From the NCBI GenBank assembly GCA_025594325.1, contig JANHCV010000005.1:1364001-1428000 (forward strand): a stretch of 64,000 nt of DNA, written 5' to 3'. This document shows positions 1-10,954 of this stretch, one piece after another. The notes below the pieces were generated by a model. It was not told where the DNA came from. It did no database searches and was given only the letters and a program-made list of their open reading frames with translations. How positions within the stretch are numbered: the first letter of the stretch is position 1; each line of letters begins with the position of its first letter. Position numbers and translations under genes: made by a program. Source of the DNA: Blastocladiella emersonii ATCC 22665 (Eukaryota; Fungi; Blastocladiomycota).

Positions 1-636
1 GGCGTTGGCGAACCCGTTGGGCGGCGGCGGCGGGTACGCGTGCGGGTGATGGGGCGGCGGCGGCATGTAACCGTGACCATGCCCGTGTCCAGGGTACATT
101 TGCATCGCGGGCGGCGGCGGCGTGGACACGAACGCGGACGGCGGCGGGGTCGCGGCGGTGGCGTTGCCGACGGGCGGCGAGAGCTCGGGCGGATAGTCGG
201 CGAGCTCGCGGGCCTCCTGGGCGGCCACCTTGCCCGGGCCCGTCGACAGCAGCGGGTTCCGCAGGTGCGGCGGGACCGCCAGGTGTCTAAGCTTCGTGGC
301 CATGGCGCGGCGGCAGATCCATGGAGTGGTGGGCTGTGCAAGGGGAGCGGATCGGGCGTCGGGGCCCGGCGGAAGGGGTATGCGAGGAGTGGAGGGGGGC
401 GGCCGGCGCAGCGCAGCGACCGCGACCGACCGCGAGGAGGAGGAGCGGAGAGAAGTCGAAGGGCGGTCGGAGCATCAGCTGAGCAACCTGCCACGCCTGT
501 CGTTCTGAAATCGCCACGTCCGCGTCGCTCATCTCGATCCCTGCCGCCCATCTCCCCTCTCTCTCTCCCTCCTCATCGCTCAACACTAGACGAGCCACCG
601 CACTCACTGCAACGCATCAACACCCCCCAAACCACC

Positions 637-2880
637 ATGGCGACGCCGACCCACTCGCGGCTGTACATCATGTACGGGTCGCAGACGGGCACGTCCGAGT
701 CGATTGCGCAGGCGATCCAGGGCGAGGCCAAGGCGCGCGGGTTCGCCGCCGACGTCTACGTGCTCGACCACTACGACAAACCCAACTTCGCCAGGGGCGG
801 CCTCTACGTGTTCGTGTCGTCGTCGACGGGCGACGGCGACCCGCCCGACAACGCCCTCAAGTGCTTCCGCATGCTGCGCAAGCTCAAGGGGCTCGGCACC
901 CCCTTCAAGACCATGGAGATCGCCTGCCTCGGCCTCGGAGACACCAACTACTCCAACTTCTGCAAGTCGCCCAAGCGCCTGCGCAAGCAGCTGCTCGACC
1001 TCGGCGCCACCGAGTTCTACCCGCCCGCCCTCGCCGACGACGCCACCGGGCTCGAGGAGACGGTCGACCCCTGGATCGAGGGGCTCTGGCCCGTCCTCGA
1101 GACCAAGTGCCGCAAGACCCTGCCCGTCCAGAAGTTGTCGGACAAGGTCGCCGCCCTCTCGATTGACGACGTGAGCGCTCCCGCTGCACCTGCCGCTGCT
1201 GCTGCTGCGCCCGCCGTGCCCGAGGTGGCTCCCGCCGCTGCGGCTCCTCCCGCCCCCGCCACGGCACCCGCCCCCGCTACATCCGCGGCGCCCGCCCTCT
1301 ACTCGATCCCCGCGTGCAAGGACCATACGTTCGGCAAGCTGGCCATCGCAGACCTGCCCGACCTCGCCGCTATCGGCGCCCTGACCAACCTGCCCAAGCT
1401 CGCCGAGCCCGCCATCACCGTGACCTTCACGGGCGTGCGCAAGCCCGTGGACTCGGACGTGTCCGCCTTCCACCACCAGTTCGCCTCACCCATCACCAAG
1501 TCGTTCGAGCCGCCCTTCTCGGCGCACAAGCCCGTGCTCGCGACCGTGGCCAAGACGCGCGTCATCACGTCCCCCGGCGCCGTCAAGGACGTGGTCGAGA
1601 TGGAGTTCACGGTGCCCGAGGACAAGGCGTGGACGTGGCAGCCCGGCGACGCGTTCGGCGTGTGCGCGCCCAACGACCACGCTACGGCGCTCGCGCTCGC
1701 GCACCGCGTCGGCGGCCTCGAGTGGGTGGACGGGGTGTGGGAGTCCCCCGTGGTCCTGATCCACGGCATCAACGGCGACGACGACCTGCCCATGGCCCTG
1801 CGCGACCGCCCGCTGAGGGCCCGTCCCGCCGGCGCCCCCGACACGGCGCCCGGCGACGGCGCCGCCTCGCTCGCGCCCCGCGGCCACTACTACTCGGTGT
1901 ACGAGCTGTTCCGCTACGTCTTCGACCCCGTCGGCACCCCGAAAAAGGCCCTGCTGCGCGCGCTCGCCGAGGCGACCGACGACGACACCGAGCGCCGCCT
2001 GCTCCTGCTCCTGTGCAGCAAGCAGGGGACCGCCCTGTACCGCGCCCTCGCCGCCGCGCAGGCGCCGTCGCCCCTGCACGTCCTCGAGTCGGTTCCCTCG
2101 GCGCGCCCGCCGCTCGCCTCCCTCCTGTCGCACCTCGCCCCGCTCACCCCGCGGTACTACTCGCACGCCCAGACGCCCCTGCGCCCCGGCGTCCCCGCGG
2201 GCACGCTCGCGGCCATCTTCAACCGCGTCGAGTACACGGTCGGCGCCGAGCCCGCCCCGCGCCGTGGGCTCGCGTCGTCGTGGCTCGCGGGCCTGAAGCC
2301 GGGCGACGTCGTGCCCGTGTTCCCGCACCCGTCGGCGCACTTCCACCTCCCGCACGACGCGACGGTGCCGCTGCTCATGATCGGGCCGGGCACGGGCATC
2401 GCGCCGCTGCTCGGCATGGTCCGGCACCGCGCCGCGCAGCGCGCCATGGCCGGCGACCTCTCGGGGACCGCTCTTGCGCAGCCGTTCGGCGAGATCAGCC
2501 TGGTGCAGGGGTGCCGCGACCCGAAGCTCGACTGGCTCGCGGGCGACGAGCTGCAGGCGTTTGAGGGTGCGGGGACCCTCGCGCGGTACACGGTCGCCTT
2601 CTCGCGCGTCCGGCACCCGTCGGCCGAGCCCCGCGCCGACGGCGAAAAGTACTACGTCCAGGACGCGCTGCGCGAGCACGCCAAGACGCTCGTCGCGCCC
2701 GTTTTGGCCAGCGAGAACGGCAAGGTCCTCGTGTGCGGCGACGCCAAGGCCATGGCGCGCCAGGTCATGGACGCCGTCACAGACATCCTGGCCGAGACCC
2801 GCGGGATTGACCGTATGGAAGCGGTCAAGGAGGTCATGGAGCTCGTCAAGCGCGGGCGGTACCTCCAGGACCTGTGGTAG
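637..2880 (+). CDS. MTRR: Methionine synthase reductase (flavodoxin + FAD/NADPH diflavin reductase), intronless, 747 aa
   Basis: Motifs YGSQTG, SSTGDGDPPD, LGLGDTNY..FC, ADDATGLE..V.PWI.GLW, PRYYS, GPGTGIAP, YVQD and C-terminal RYLQDLW. ATG at 637 is in an ACCACCATGG context; the ORF upstream of it is low-complexity. Confidence 0.9.
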   Translation: MATPTHSRLYIMYGSQTGTSESIAQAIQGEAKARGFAADVYVLDHYDKPNFARGGLYVFVSSSTGDGDPPDNALKCFRMLRKLKGLGTPFKTMEIACLGLGDTNYSNFCKSPKRLRKQLLDLGATEFYPPALADDATGLEETVDPWIEGLWPVLETKCRKTLPVQKLSDKVAALSIDDVSAPAAPAAAAAAPAVPEVAPAAAAPPAPATAPAPATSAAPALYSIPACKDHTFGKLAIADLPDLAAIGALTNLPKLAEPAITVTFTGVRKPVDSDVSAFHHQFASPITKSFEPPFSAHKPVLATVAKTRVITSPGAVKDVVEMEFTVPEDKAWTWQPGDAFGVCAPNDHATALALAHRVGGLEWVDGVWESPVVLIHGINGDDDLPMALRDRPLRARPAGAPDTAPGDGAASLAPRGHYYSVYELFRYVFDPVGTPKKALLRALAEATDDDTERRLLLLLCSKQGTALYRALAAAQAPSPLHVLESVPSARPPLASLLSHLAPLTPRYYSHAQTPLRPGVPAGTLAAIFNRVEYTVGAEPAPRRGLASSWLAGLKPGDVVPVFPHPSAHFHLPHDATVPLLMIGPGTGIAPLLGMVRHRAAQRAMAGDLSGTALAQPFGEISLVQGCRDPKLDWLAGDELQAFEGAGTLARYTVAFSRVRHPSAEPRADGEKYYVQDALREHAKTLVAPVLASENGKVLVCGDAKAMARQVMDAVTDILAETRGIDRMEAVKEVMELVKRGRYLQDLW

Positions 2881-3946
2881 CGGAGCGGTGGGCATATGAA
2901 TACAAGACTCTAGCTGGTTCCACTCCACTTGCCTGTTGCGGGTGTGCGCGATGCCTCGCGTGGTCGCGGCTGGCCGAGACCCGCGCGTTGGGCGGCGGCG
3001 GCGCACAGGGCCGCAGGGAGTCGGCGACCGCGGGGCACCCGCACGATGAAGATGAACTACGCGTCGGGCGGTCGCCGCTGTGCGCCACGCGGGTGGCTGA
3101 GCTCCAGCGCGCGAGCGATGTGAAACTGAAACGCGCGTGCGTGCGCGTCGCGTCGCGTCGCGGACTGGTCGGCGACGCGTCACGCTTCCCACCCGGCTTC
3201 CCTCCCACACACGCCCACCCCCGCCACGCGGGAGCCTCGGCTGCCTCGCCGGCGGCGTTCGGCGCTCGATCACCGACCCAGCCCAACGCGCGGCGGCGGC
3301 GGGGCCACAGCTCGAGGGGCCCGCCGGCGCCCGCGCCCGCGCGCCCGCTCTCTCGAGCCCGATCGACGACACGATCACACGGCGGATCACAGCGTGTGGA
3401 TCCTCGTCCTCGCCGCCTCGAGCTCTCGCAACGCCACGTACGACGATCCGCGCGCGACCAGGCGCACGCATCTTCGACGCCGATACTGGGTACGTTCCGC
3501 GCTGTCGAAGGCGGCGCTTGTCCATGGTCCGCGCGCGGTTCGCGGTTCGCGCGGCTCGTGTGCGCCGCCGCCGCGGTGCTGTCCGCGGCCCGCGCGCTAC
3601 GCCGCGGTCGCACGCGGGCCACGGCGCGCGCGAGCATGGCGGTGAACCGTGAGCCGTGAGTCGGTTCCCTTCGCCCACCGACCGATCCCTGTGGCAGATG
3701 GATGAGAAATGGGCCGTCTGCGCGCCGCGCGCACGCGCGCCCGGTTTCCCATCCGTGTTGCTCGCCGCACTGCCTTCCTTCGCCGCGCCCTGCTTTGCTC
3801 GTTCGCTGACGCCCCGCGGCCACGCTCACTCATCCCACGCTCTCGGCGACAGCCATCGCCCCGATCCCTCTCGCTCCTCCCCTTCGCCCTCGACTGCCCG
3901 CATCGCCGACCGGCTCGGCGCTGGATCGGTCCTGCATCCCATCCCC

Positions 3947-4731
3947 ATGTCGCCCTCGCCCTCGTCTACCGCTCCGCCATCCTCCCGCCCGGCCGTCGAC
4001 GTCGACGGCCCCCGCCAGCAGCCGCAGCTTCGACCCGACGCGCGCCCCTCGACCCCGACCTCGGACACCAACGACAGTAACGTCGATCGCGTGCCCTTCT
4101 TCGAGATCATGACCCCGCCCGCCGCGGCCAAGTCCAAGCTGTTCCCGCACCACCTGCACCTGCACCACTCGATCGTCGTCGACACGGCCTCGGCCGCCGC
4201 CGCTGCCTCCGCCAACCCCGAGTCGTCGCTGCCGTCGCCCGACTCGCCCGTCCATCACTCGATCAAGCTGCCCTTCTCGTCGAGCCGCAGCAGCACCAGC
4301 AGCGCGTCGTCGCTTTCGCCCGAGATCACGCGCGCCATCACTCCGCACATGCGCCCCGACGCGTCGTCGCCCGCGTCTGCATCCACGCCGTCGCCGCGCG
4401 GATCGCCGTGTTTCGCCGCCGACTCGCTCGGCACCGCGAGCCAGGCCGCGGACCCCGACCAGCCCGTGTGTCCCGGCATGCCGCCGCCGCCGCCCTCGTC
4501 GTCGTCGGGCAAGAAGTCGGACACGCGCTTGCCGCCGGGTGCGCCCGCCATGGGAACCGCGTGCCCGTCGCCCGCGCAGCAGCAACAGCAACAGCCGTCG
4601 CGCGCGACCGCGGCACCGAGCCCGCATCAAACGTTCCATCAGCAGGCGCCCCTCCCGCGCGACGTGCGCGCCGCACCCGTGCCCCCGCCGTCGCAGTTCC
4701 ACCACCACGCGCAGCAGCTACCGCCGCCGTC

Positions 4732-4763
<32 letters not shown>

Positions 4764-6589
4764 CCAAGCCGCCGTCGTCGGCCCCGGCCCCGCCCGCGCC
4801 CGCGGTCCAGAAGCCCGCAGCGGCCCCGTCGCAGCCGTCGGCAGCGCAGCAGGAGCCCAGCATGACGTCGGCCGAGATGCACCTGCGCGACTGCGAGCTC
4901 AACGCCGATTTTCTCGCGCGGTACGCGCTGCGCGACGAGCTCGGGTGTGGCGGGTTCGGGTTTGTCGTCACGGTACGCTTTTTTGGTGGGTTGCCTCGGA
5001 CGCGTCGCCCATGCTCACTCACGTGCACGCGTCGGTCACTGGATCGCGTAGGCGGTGCGGCGCGAGGACGGTACGTTGGCCGATCGCGGTGTCACGGTGG
5101 GACCCGGGCATCATGAACTGACTGGCGGGCTGTCGGAGTAGGCCACGACGTGGCCGTCAAGTTCATCCTCAAGAATAAGCTCGGCGCGCAGCAGTGGGCG
5201 CGCGACACGGAGCTCGGCGTGGTGCCCATCGAGGTGTACGTGATCAAGAACGTGCGCCACCGCAGCATCATCGACTTTGTCGACTTTTTCGAGGTACGCG
5301 CTTCGCGCTCTGCTGCGTCACGGATCGCGGACTGACTCGCGTTTGGGATGCTAGGACGACAAGTTCTTCTACCTCGTCATGGAGCTGCACGGCGTGTCGT
5401 GGAACTCGGCGCAGCCGCTGACCACGCTCGTGCGCCCGCTGCCGACCCCCGTGTCGCCGCCGCGCGCGCTCCTCGGCGGCGGCGTCTGCGCGCTGCCGCC
5501 CGGCCCCGGCTCGCCCACTGCCGCCAAGTCGTCGTCGCCCACGCTGGCGACCACGTCGTCGGCCATGCTCAACCGCATCCAGCCCGTGCCCGCGCCGACG
5601 CTCGCTGCCGCGGCGCCGTGCATGACGGGGCTCAAGGGCGGCGCGTCGCCCAGCGGCGGCCCGCCGCGCCTCATGAAGCGCAGCATGACCAGCCTCCCGC
5701 CGCCCACCACGCGCATGGCGCCCAAGCTCGGCCGCCGACAGTCCATGGACCTGTTCGAGTGTATCGAGACGGTACGCTTCTTCACCTCATGCTTTGTCAA
5801 GCGGGTGGCGCGCGCACGTGCGGTATCGCGATACCGCGTCGGTCACACGGCCGGTGATCGGATCAGCGCGTCGCGCCGCGCGTGTGATCACCGGGACGCG
5901 GAAACGGGTGCTAACGCGCGACCGGCCTCGGTTTTCGACCCACCTCGATGTAGCACACGCGCATGCCCGAGAAAATTGTGCGGTACATCTTCCGCCAGGT
6001 CGCCGAGGCCGTCGAGGCGCTCAACCGCATGGGGATCGTGCACCGGTACGCTCTGTTCGGATTGGCAGGGACCGGCGAGCGCGCCTGCTCACACGCATCC
6101 CTCGCGCGCAACCGTAGCGACATCAAGGACGAGAACATTGTGATCGACAGCAGCTACCACGTCAAACTGATCGACTTTGGCTCGGCGGCGCAGATCCCGC
6201 CCGCGGGCAAGCTGTTTGACCGGTTCGCGGGGACGGTGCAGTACTGCCCGCCCGAGATCCTGCAGGGCGAAAAGTACCGCGGCCCCGAGCAGGAGATCTT
6301 CACGCTCGGGATCCTCCTGTACGTGCTCATGTTCGCCGAGCCGCCGTTCGCCAACCCGGTCCAGACGATCCAGATGGACCCGCAGATCCCGCCGCGGTCC
6401 CAGCAGCCCGCCGGGTTCACGCCGTTGCCCGTGGGGGTGGTCCGCCCGCCGGGGTACTACCACGCGATCACGGGCTTCTCGGACGCCAGCGTCGGCCTGC
6501 TCCTCTGGATGCTCGCGAAGCGCCCGCGCGACCGCCCGAGTATCGAGCAAGTGCTCCTCCACCCGTGGCTCACGCAGTGCCACGCCTGA
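3947..6589 (+). CDS. PAS-kinase/PIM-like Ser/Thr kinase with a long low-complexity N-terminus; six exons (3947-4972, 5052-5070, 5142-5293, 5355-5771, 5954-6045, 6118-6589)
   Basis: The spliced product reads LGCGGFGFVVTAVRREDGHDVAVKFI, DLFECIE, HRDIKDENIVID, KLIDFGSA, GTVQYCPPEIL, typical of the PASK/PIM group. All GT-AG junctions keep the frame. Start codon uncertain. Confidence 0.8.
4733..4762 (+). repeat. (CAG)10 encoding poly-Gln in the kinase N-terminus
   Basis: Read directly from the sequence. Confidence 0.9.
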
Positions 6590-6703
6590 GCTGCGGGTGT
6601 GCGGGGGTGGTGGTGGAAGGGGAACGTGTCTGTATTGTCGTTGATGAGAGTCTGTCGTTGCAATGTACAGCTGCTGTTTGGCCATGGTCGAGCGCGATCA
6701 GGA

Positions 6704-8055
6704 TCAGTGCTTCTCCATGACGGCGGCCTTGGCGAGGAGCCGCTCGGCCTACACGAACACGAGCGCGCGCGTGTGTTAGTCGGGCGCCGGACCCGGCCCA
6801 GCGTGAACGAGACGGACGCACCCACTTGACGACGGGCATATCGATCATCTTGCCCTCGAGCGTGAACGCGCCGACGCCGCGCGCCACAAACTCGCGGTAC
6901 CCGGCGACGATCTTCTCGGCCCGCATCACCTCCTTCGGTTTCGGCGAGAAATGCTCGTGAATCCCCTCGATCTGGCCCGGGTGGATCGCCTGCTTGCCCG
7001 TGAACCCCATGCACCGGCCCTCGGCGCACTCCTCGGCCAGCACGCCCGCGTCCTTGTAGTCGATGCACACCAGGTCAATCGCCTGCAGCCCGTGCGCGAC
7101 GGCCGCCGTCACGACCGCCGAACGCGCGTACAGGAGCTCGCGCCGGTGTGGAGTGCGGACCATCGACATGTCCGCGCACAGGTCCTCGCTCGCGAAGACG
7201 AGCGCGTCGAGGCGAGGGGAGGAGGAGGCGATCTCGCGCAGGTTCAGCAGGCCCAGGGCCGACTCGATGCACGCGATCAGGCGGATGTTGCCGCGGCTAC
7301 AGGCGGGTGTGGGGGTGTGAGGGATGGGTACGGGAGGAGGGGGAAGGGAGAGGGCGTACTTGGACTCGACGGCGAGCGAGTCGATCATGCGGTCGACAAA
7401 CGCCACGTCCTGCGCCGACTGGACCTTGGGGATCACGATGCACTCGAGGCGGCTGGACCGGAGCTACGTTCGCGTGAGTGTGTGTGAGCGGGGTCCGCCA
7501 GCGACGAGAACCTCGCGCGCAGAACACGTACAATAACCGTCAAATCATCCAGCTCGAGCCCGGTCCCGATCGCGTTGATCCGGACCGCGCGCTCGCGCTT
7601 GCCGAGGTCGAAACTCTACACCCACTCACAATCAGCCCCCGCGTCGCCCGACCCCGACGCGCAGAACCCGCACGCACCTCGAGCGCATCAAACACGAGCT
7701 GCCGCGCACTCCCCTTGCGGTCCATGGGCACGCCGTCCTCGAGATCGAACACGATGCTGTCGGCGGGCAGCGTGCGCGCCTTGGCCATCTTGCGCTCGTC
7801 GCTCCCGGGCACGTTGAACAGCGACCGCCGCACGCGCTCGGGACGGGACAGCGTCGTCGCGCTGGGCGCGGCGGCAGCGATGGACGTGGAGGGCGTGGTG
7901 GTGCTGTTGTACCGGCGCAGGACCAGCGGGGCGGTCGCCGAGGCGCGGAGGGCGACGGCGACGGGGCGCGCAACGACGGGAAGGGCGGCGCGCGAACGCA
8001 GCAGCGTGCGGGCGCCGGCGCGGAGGGCGGACTTGGCCGCCGTGGATGAATACAT
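6704..8055 (-). CDS. CLYBL: Citrate lyase beta-like protein (HpcH/HpaI fold) with a mitochondrial-type presequence; five exons
   Basis: Motifs RRSLFNVPGSDERK, VFDLEDGV, VRINA, IPKV, IESALGL, FASEDLCAD, GFTGKQAIHP.QI, GKMIDMP. N-terminus is Arg/Ala-rich and acid-free. Introns at 7616-7677, 7464-7531, 7297-7359, 6749-6821. Confidence 0.9.
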
Positions 8056-8243
8056 GGTAGGGTGAGCGGTTGTCCTCGACGGGAGAGAGAGCCGGTTGCG
8101 GGCAGACTTCGCCGTTTGGGGTTCGCAGCGGCAGCCGCCACGCGACACCGACGGGTCGGCCGACTTGAACTCCGCGTCCGCTCCCTCTCCCCTCCCCTCA
8201 GCACCACGCCTGCAGCCCATGTAACACACCTACCGCAACTAAC

Positions 8244-9106
8244 ATGTCATCATCCGAAACCTCCTCTTCTTCACCGGCGGGCCGCGACCGGTACCACCGG
8301 ATGCGCGGGACCGGCTCGCCCGCGGCCGACGCGGTGCGGGACCAGGCGCGCCGCCGCGCGCACGAGCGAGCCGCGTCCGCCCGGTCCGCTGTCGTCGAGC
8401 GCGCGCGGCTGCGGCGGGATGCGACCGGGATCGAGGTGCGCTCGCCACCCGCTCCGCCGCGAGCGTGCACTGACCACACCGTCCCGAAAGGAGCTCAAAT
8501 CGCTCGTCCGCGCACACTGGTCCGACTTCGAAGCCTCGTTCACGCCCGACGAGCGCGACGCGCTGGACGCCGACCAGCTCGCGGCGCTCGAGGCCGAGTT
8601 TGTGCGCGAGTGCGAGGACGCGGCGAGCGGCGCCGTGGCAGCGTTGACGCTGACGCCGCCCGCTGACGATCCCGCAGGGTGGATGCCGTCGTCGTCGCAA
8701 TCGTTTGCGATCCCGTCGTCGCCCATGATGCACGCCATGGCCCTCCAGTGCGTCGTGTGCGGCGCACCGGGGCAGATGCAGTTCCAGGGCAACGCGCTGC
8801 GGTGTCGGCAGTGCGCCGTGTGTATCTGGACGGTGCGTAGTGGGGTGTGAGGGGAGGTGGGAGGCGGGCCGCTGACGGTGAGCGGCGTGCGTGTAGCAAG
8901 TCCCGTACGAGGCCGTGGTGCATACCATCGAGCAGACCGAGTGGAACCACTCGCAAATGTACGGCGCGTCCGCCGTCGTCGCGCTCCTCCGCTAACTCGC
9001 GTTGTGTAGCGGCTGCCCGGCACCCCACCTCTCGCGCGGGTACCACCCGGACGAGGGGCTCGTGCTGCACTGCCCCGAGTGCCAGTTCGTCGAGGTCGTT
9101 CTGTAG
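8244..9106 (+). CDS. RPAIN: RPA-interacting protein (RPAIN/RIP)-like; four exons (8244-8435, 8491-8832, 8897-8958, 9010-9106)
   Basis: Basic N-terminal helix, acidic middle, CVVC..CRQC zinc knuckle, then H..C and terminal LHCPECQFVEVVL*, matching RPAIN architecture. Confidence 0.65.
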
Positions 9107-9135
9107 CGCGTCAATGTATACCAGTCCCACTCAGA

Positions 9136-10003
9136 TCAGACCCCCTGCCCGTCCTGCAACCCCTTGACGTGCTCCTCGTACGCCTCGTACAGCGCGTTCG
9201 CCACGTAGTAGAAGGGCGACTCGACCTCCGCGTTCGTCGCCTACACACCCCCACGCAACGAGTTAGAACTCAGCCACGTAGCGCGCCGTCATTGGGACGT
9301 ACCGCCGAACACTCGAAATACTCGAGGTTGAGCGACTGCGCGACATCCTGCCCCTGCTGCGCCGTGACGAGCCGCCGGCGGTCCGCAATGTCGCACTTGG
9401 TCGCCACCAGGCACCCGACGAGCGGCGCAGAGTCGCGGATCGTCCCCGCCAGCTTCAGCCACTTGCCGATCCCCGCCAGCGCGTCCTTGTTCGTCACGTC
9501 GTACACGAGAACGAAGGCCGAGGCGCCGGCCGCCTGTTGAGGGAGGAGTGGGGTGGTCAGTTTGGGTCGCGGGGGAGGGAGGGAGGAAGCGGGGCGGCGT
9601 ACGTGGCGCTCCACGATGGTCTGGAACACCTCGTGCCCCGGCATGTCGTAGATGAACAGCTCCACGCACGCGTCCGTCTCCGGGATCGTCACGCTCTTGA
9701 CCACGATGTCGGCCGTCGTGTTCTGGCCGAGGTGGAGAAGGACGGATCGGAGTCGAGGCGCGTCAGCATCTGCGAAAGCGGGTGGACCACGGCCACACAC
9801 GAACCATCTGGTGCGACTTGGAGAACGACGCGCCCTCCGAGTGGAACGCCTGCACGAGGCCCGTCTTGCCCGACCCAAAGTCGCCTGCGAGAAGAACGGC
9901 GGGTGCGTGAGAACGCGAAGTCGGACATAGTAGCAAGGCTCGGAGCAGATCGGATACCGAGGACGGCGACTTTGCCGCGGATGACATATTTCGGTGTTGA
10001 CAT
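9136..10003 (-). CDS. IFT27: Intraflagellar transport small GTPase IFT27/RABL4; five exons
   Basis: Motifs GDFGSGKTGLVQAFHSEGASF.K, DIVVKSVTIPETDACVELFIYDMPG, VLVYDVTN, ATKCD, YFECSA, ESPFYY. No prenylation motif. Confidence 0.88.
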
Positions 10004-10080
10004 GGTGCGCTTCAGCTTGCTAGATGGCGAGGAGAGGAGAGGAGAAGGGATCGCCGGCGCACGCGAAGAGAGCGAGAACG

Positions 10081-10100
10081 ACGCGCCGAGCCGTCATGTG
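10081..10100 (+). promoter_or_regulatory. ACGCGC-N8-CATGTG bipartite element in the IFT27/TPR divergent promoter
   Basis: Same spacing as the ACGCGT-N8-CACGTG copies elsewhere; about 95 bp upstream of the TPR ATG. Confidence 0.5.
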
Positions 10101-10194
10101 AGCGCGCGGAGACGCGTCGCGCCTCGCGGTTCCCAAGCTCGCCGCCGCCGCCGCCTTCAACCTGTCCTGCAGCCCCGAAACCAACGTAAACACC

Positions 10195-10637
10195 ATGCAA
10201 GGCGACAACAGCGCGCAATCGTCCGTCGACGAGTGGCTCCTGCTCCGCGTCGGCGCCCTCCCGCGCAACTCGCTCGGCTGGTTCCGGTGCGGCGTCGGGT
10301 TCTACAACAAGAAGGAGTACAGCCGCGCCATCGAGTGCTTCCAAAAGAGCGTTGAGATGGACCCGCAAAACGTACGGCGGACGGGGGTGAGGTGGATGAG
10401 GAAGGGTGCGGGCTTACGCGGGCGCCGTGTAGTACAACGCGTTCCAGATCATGGCGCGCGCGTGTATCGCTGTCAACCGTACAATCTGTTCTCTGGAGAC
10501 CTTGAGGTTCGTGAAGCTGACAGCTGAGTGTGCGTGTAGGGAAAGACGAGGCCATCGCGGCGCTCAAGCAGTCCGTCAACCTCGACAACCCGTCCGACTG
10601 GCAGCTGCTCGTCGAGCTCACCGCCTACCGCGATTAA
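10195..10637 (+). CDS. Small TPR-repeat protein (106 aa; exons 10195-10371, 10433-10478, 10540-10637)
   Basis: WFRCGVGFYNKKEYSRAIECFQKSVEMDPQN and YNAFQIMARACIAVNRKDEAIAALKQSVNLD fit two TPR repeats; splicing keeps the frame. Confidence 0.8.
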
Positions 10638-10954
10638 ACTGTGTCTTCAATGTAACTTTCTGCCTGGGACTTCTTGTTCGCGTGTGTGCCTCACTGCTGT
10701 CACAGCACAGACGTCCCCCTGCGCGCATGAGAACCCCGCTGGCTGAGGGTGAGGCCCACGCGCTCACTCTCGACACAGGGCCGGACAAGCTTGACCACGT
10801 CAGAGCCTCGATCGCAAGGGAAGAGCTCTTTGACACGCGCCGAACAATCATGTGATCGCGCGAGACAGGGGCCGATCCGAAAACGCGGTGCGCGCCGTCG
10901 TTTCGTGCCAACGCGAACCTGTCCGCTCTCCCTCCTCCAACGCAATGAAAGCAA

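Noticed and set aside
40-636. 199-aa N-terminal extension of the MTRR ORF
   Set aside because: Arg/Gly low-complexity read-through of GC-rich promoter DNA; homology and the Kozak context start at 637.
10004-10194. RFX X-box expected for a ciliary gene promoter
   Set aside because: No convincing GTTNCCATGGNAAC-like palindrome found.
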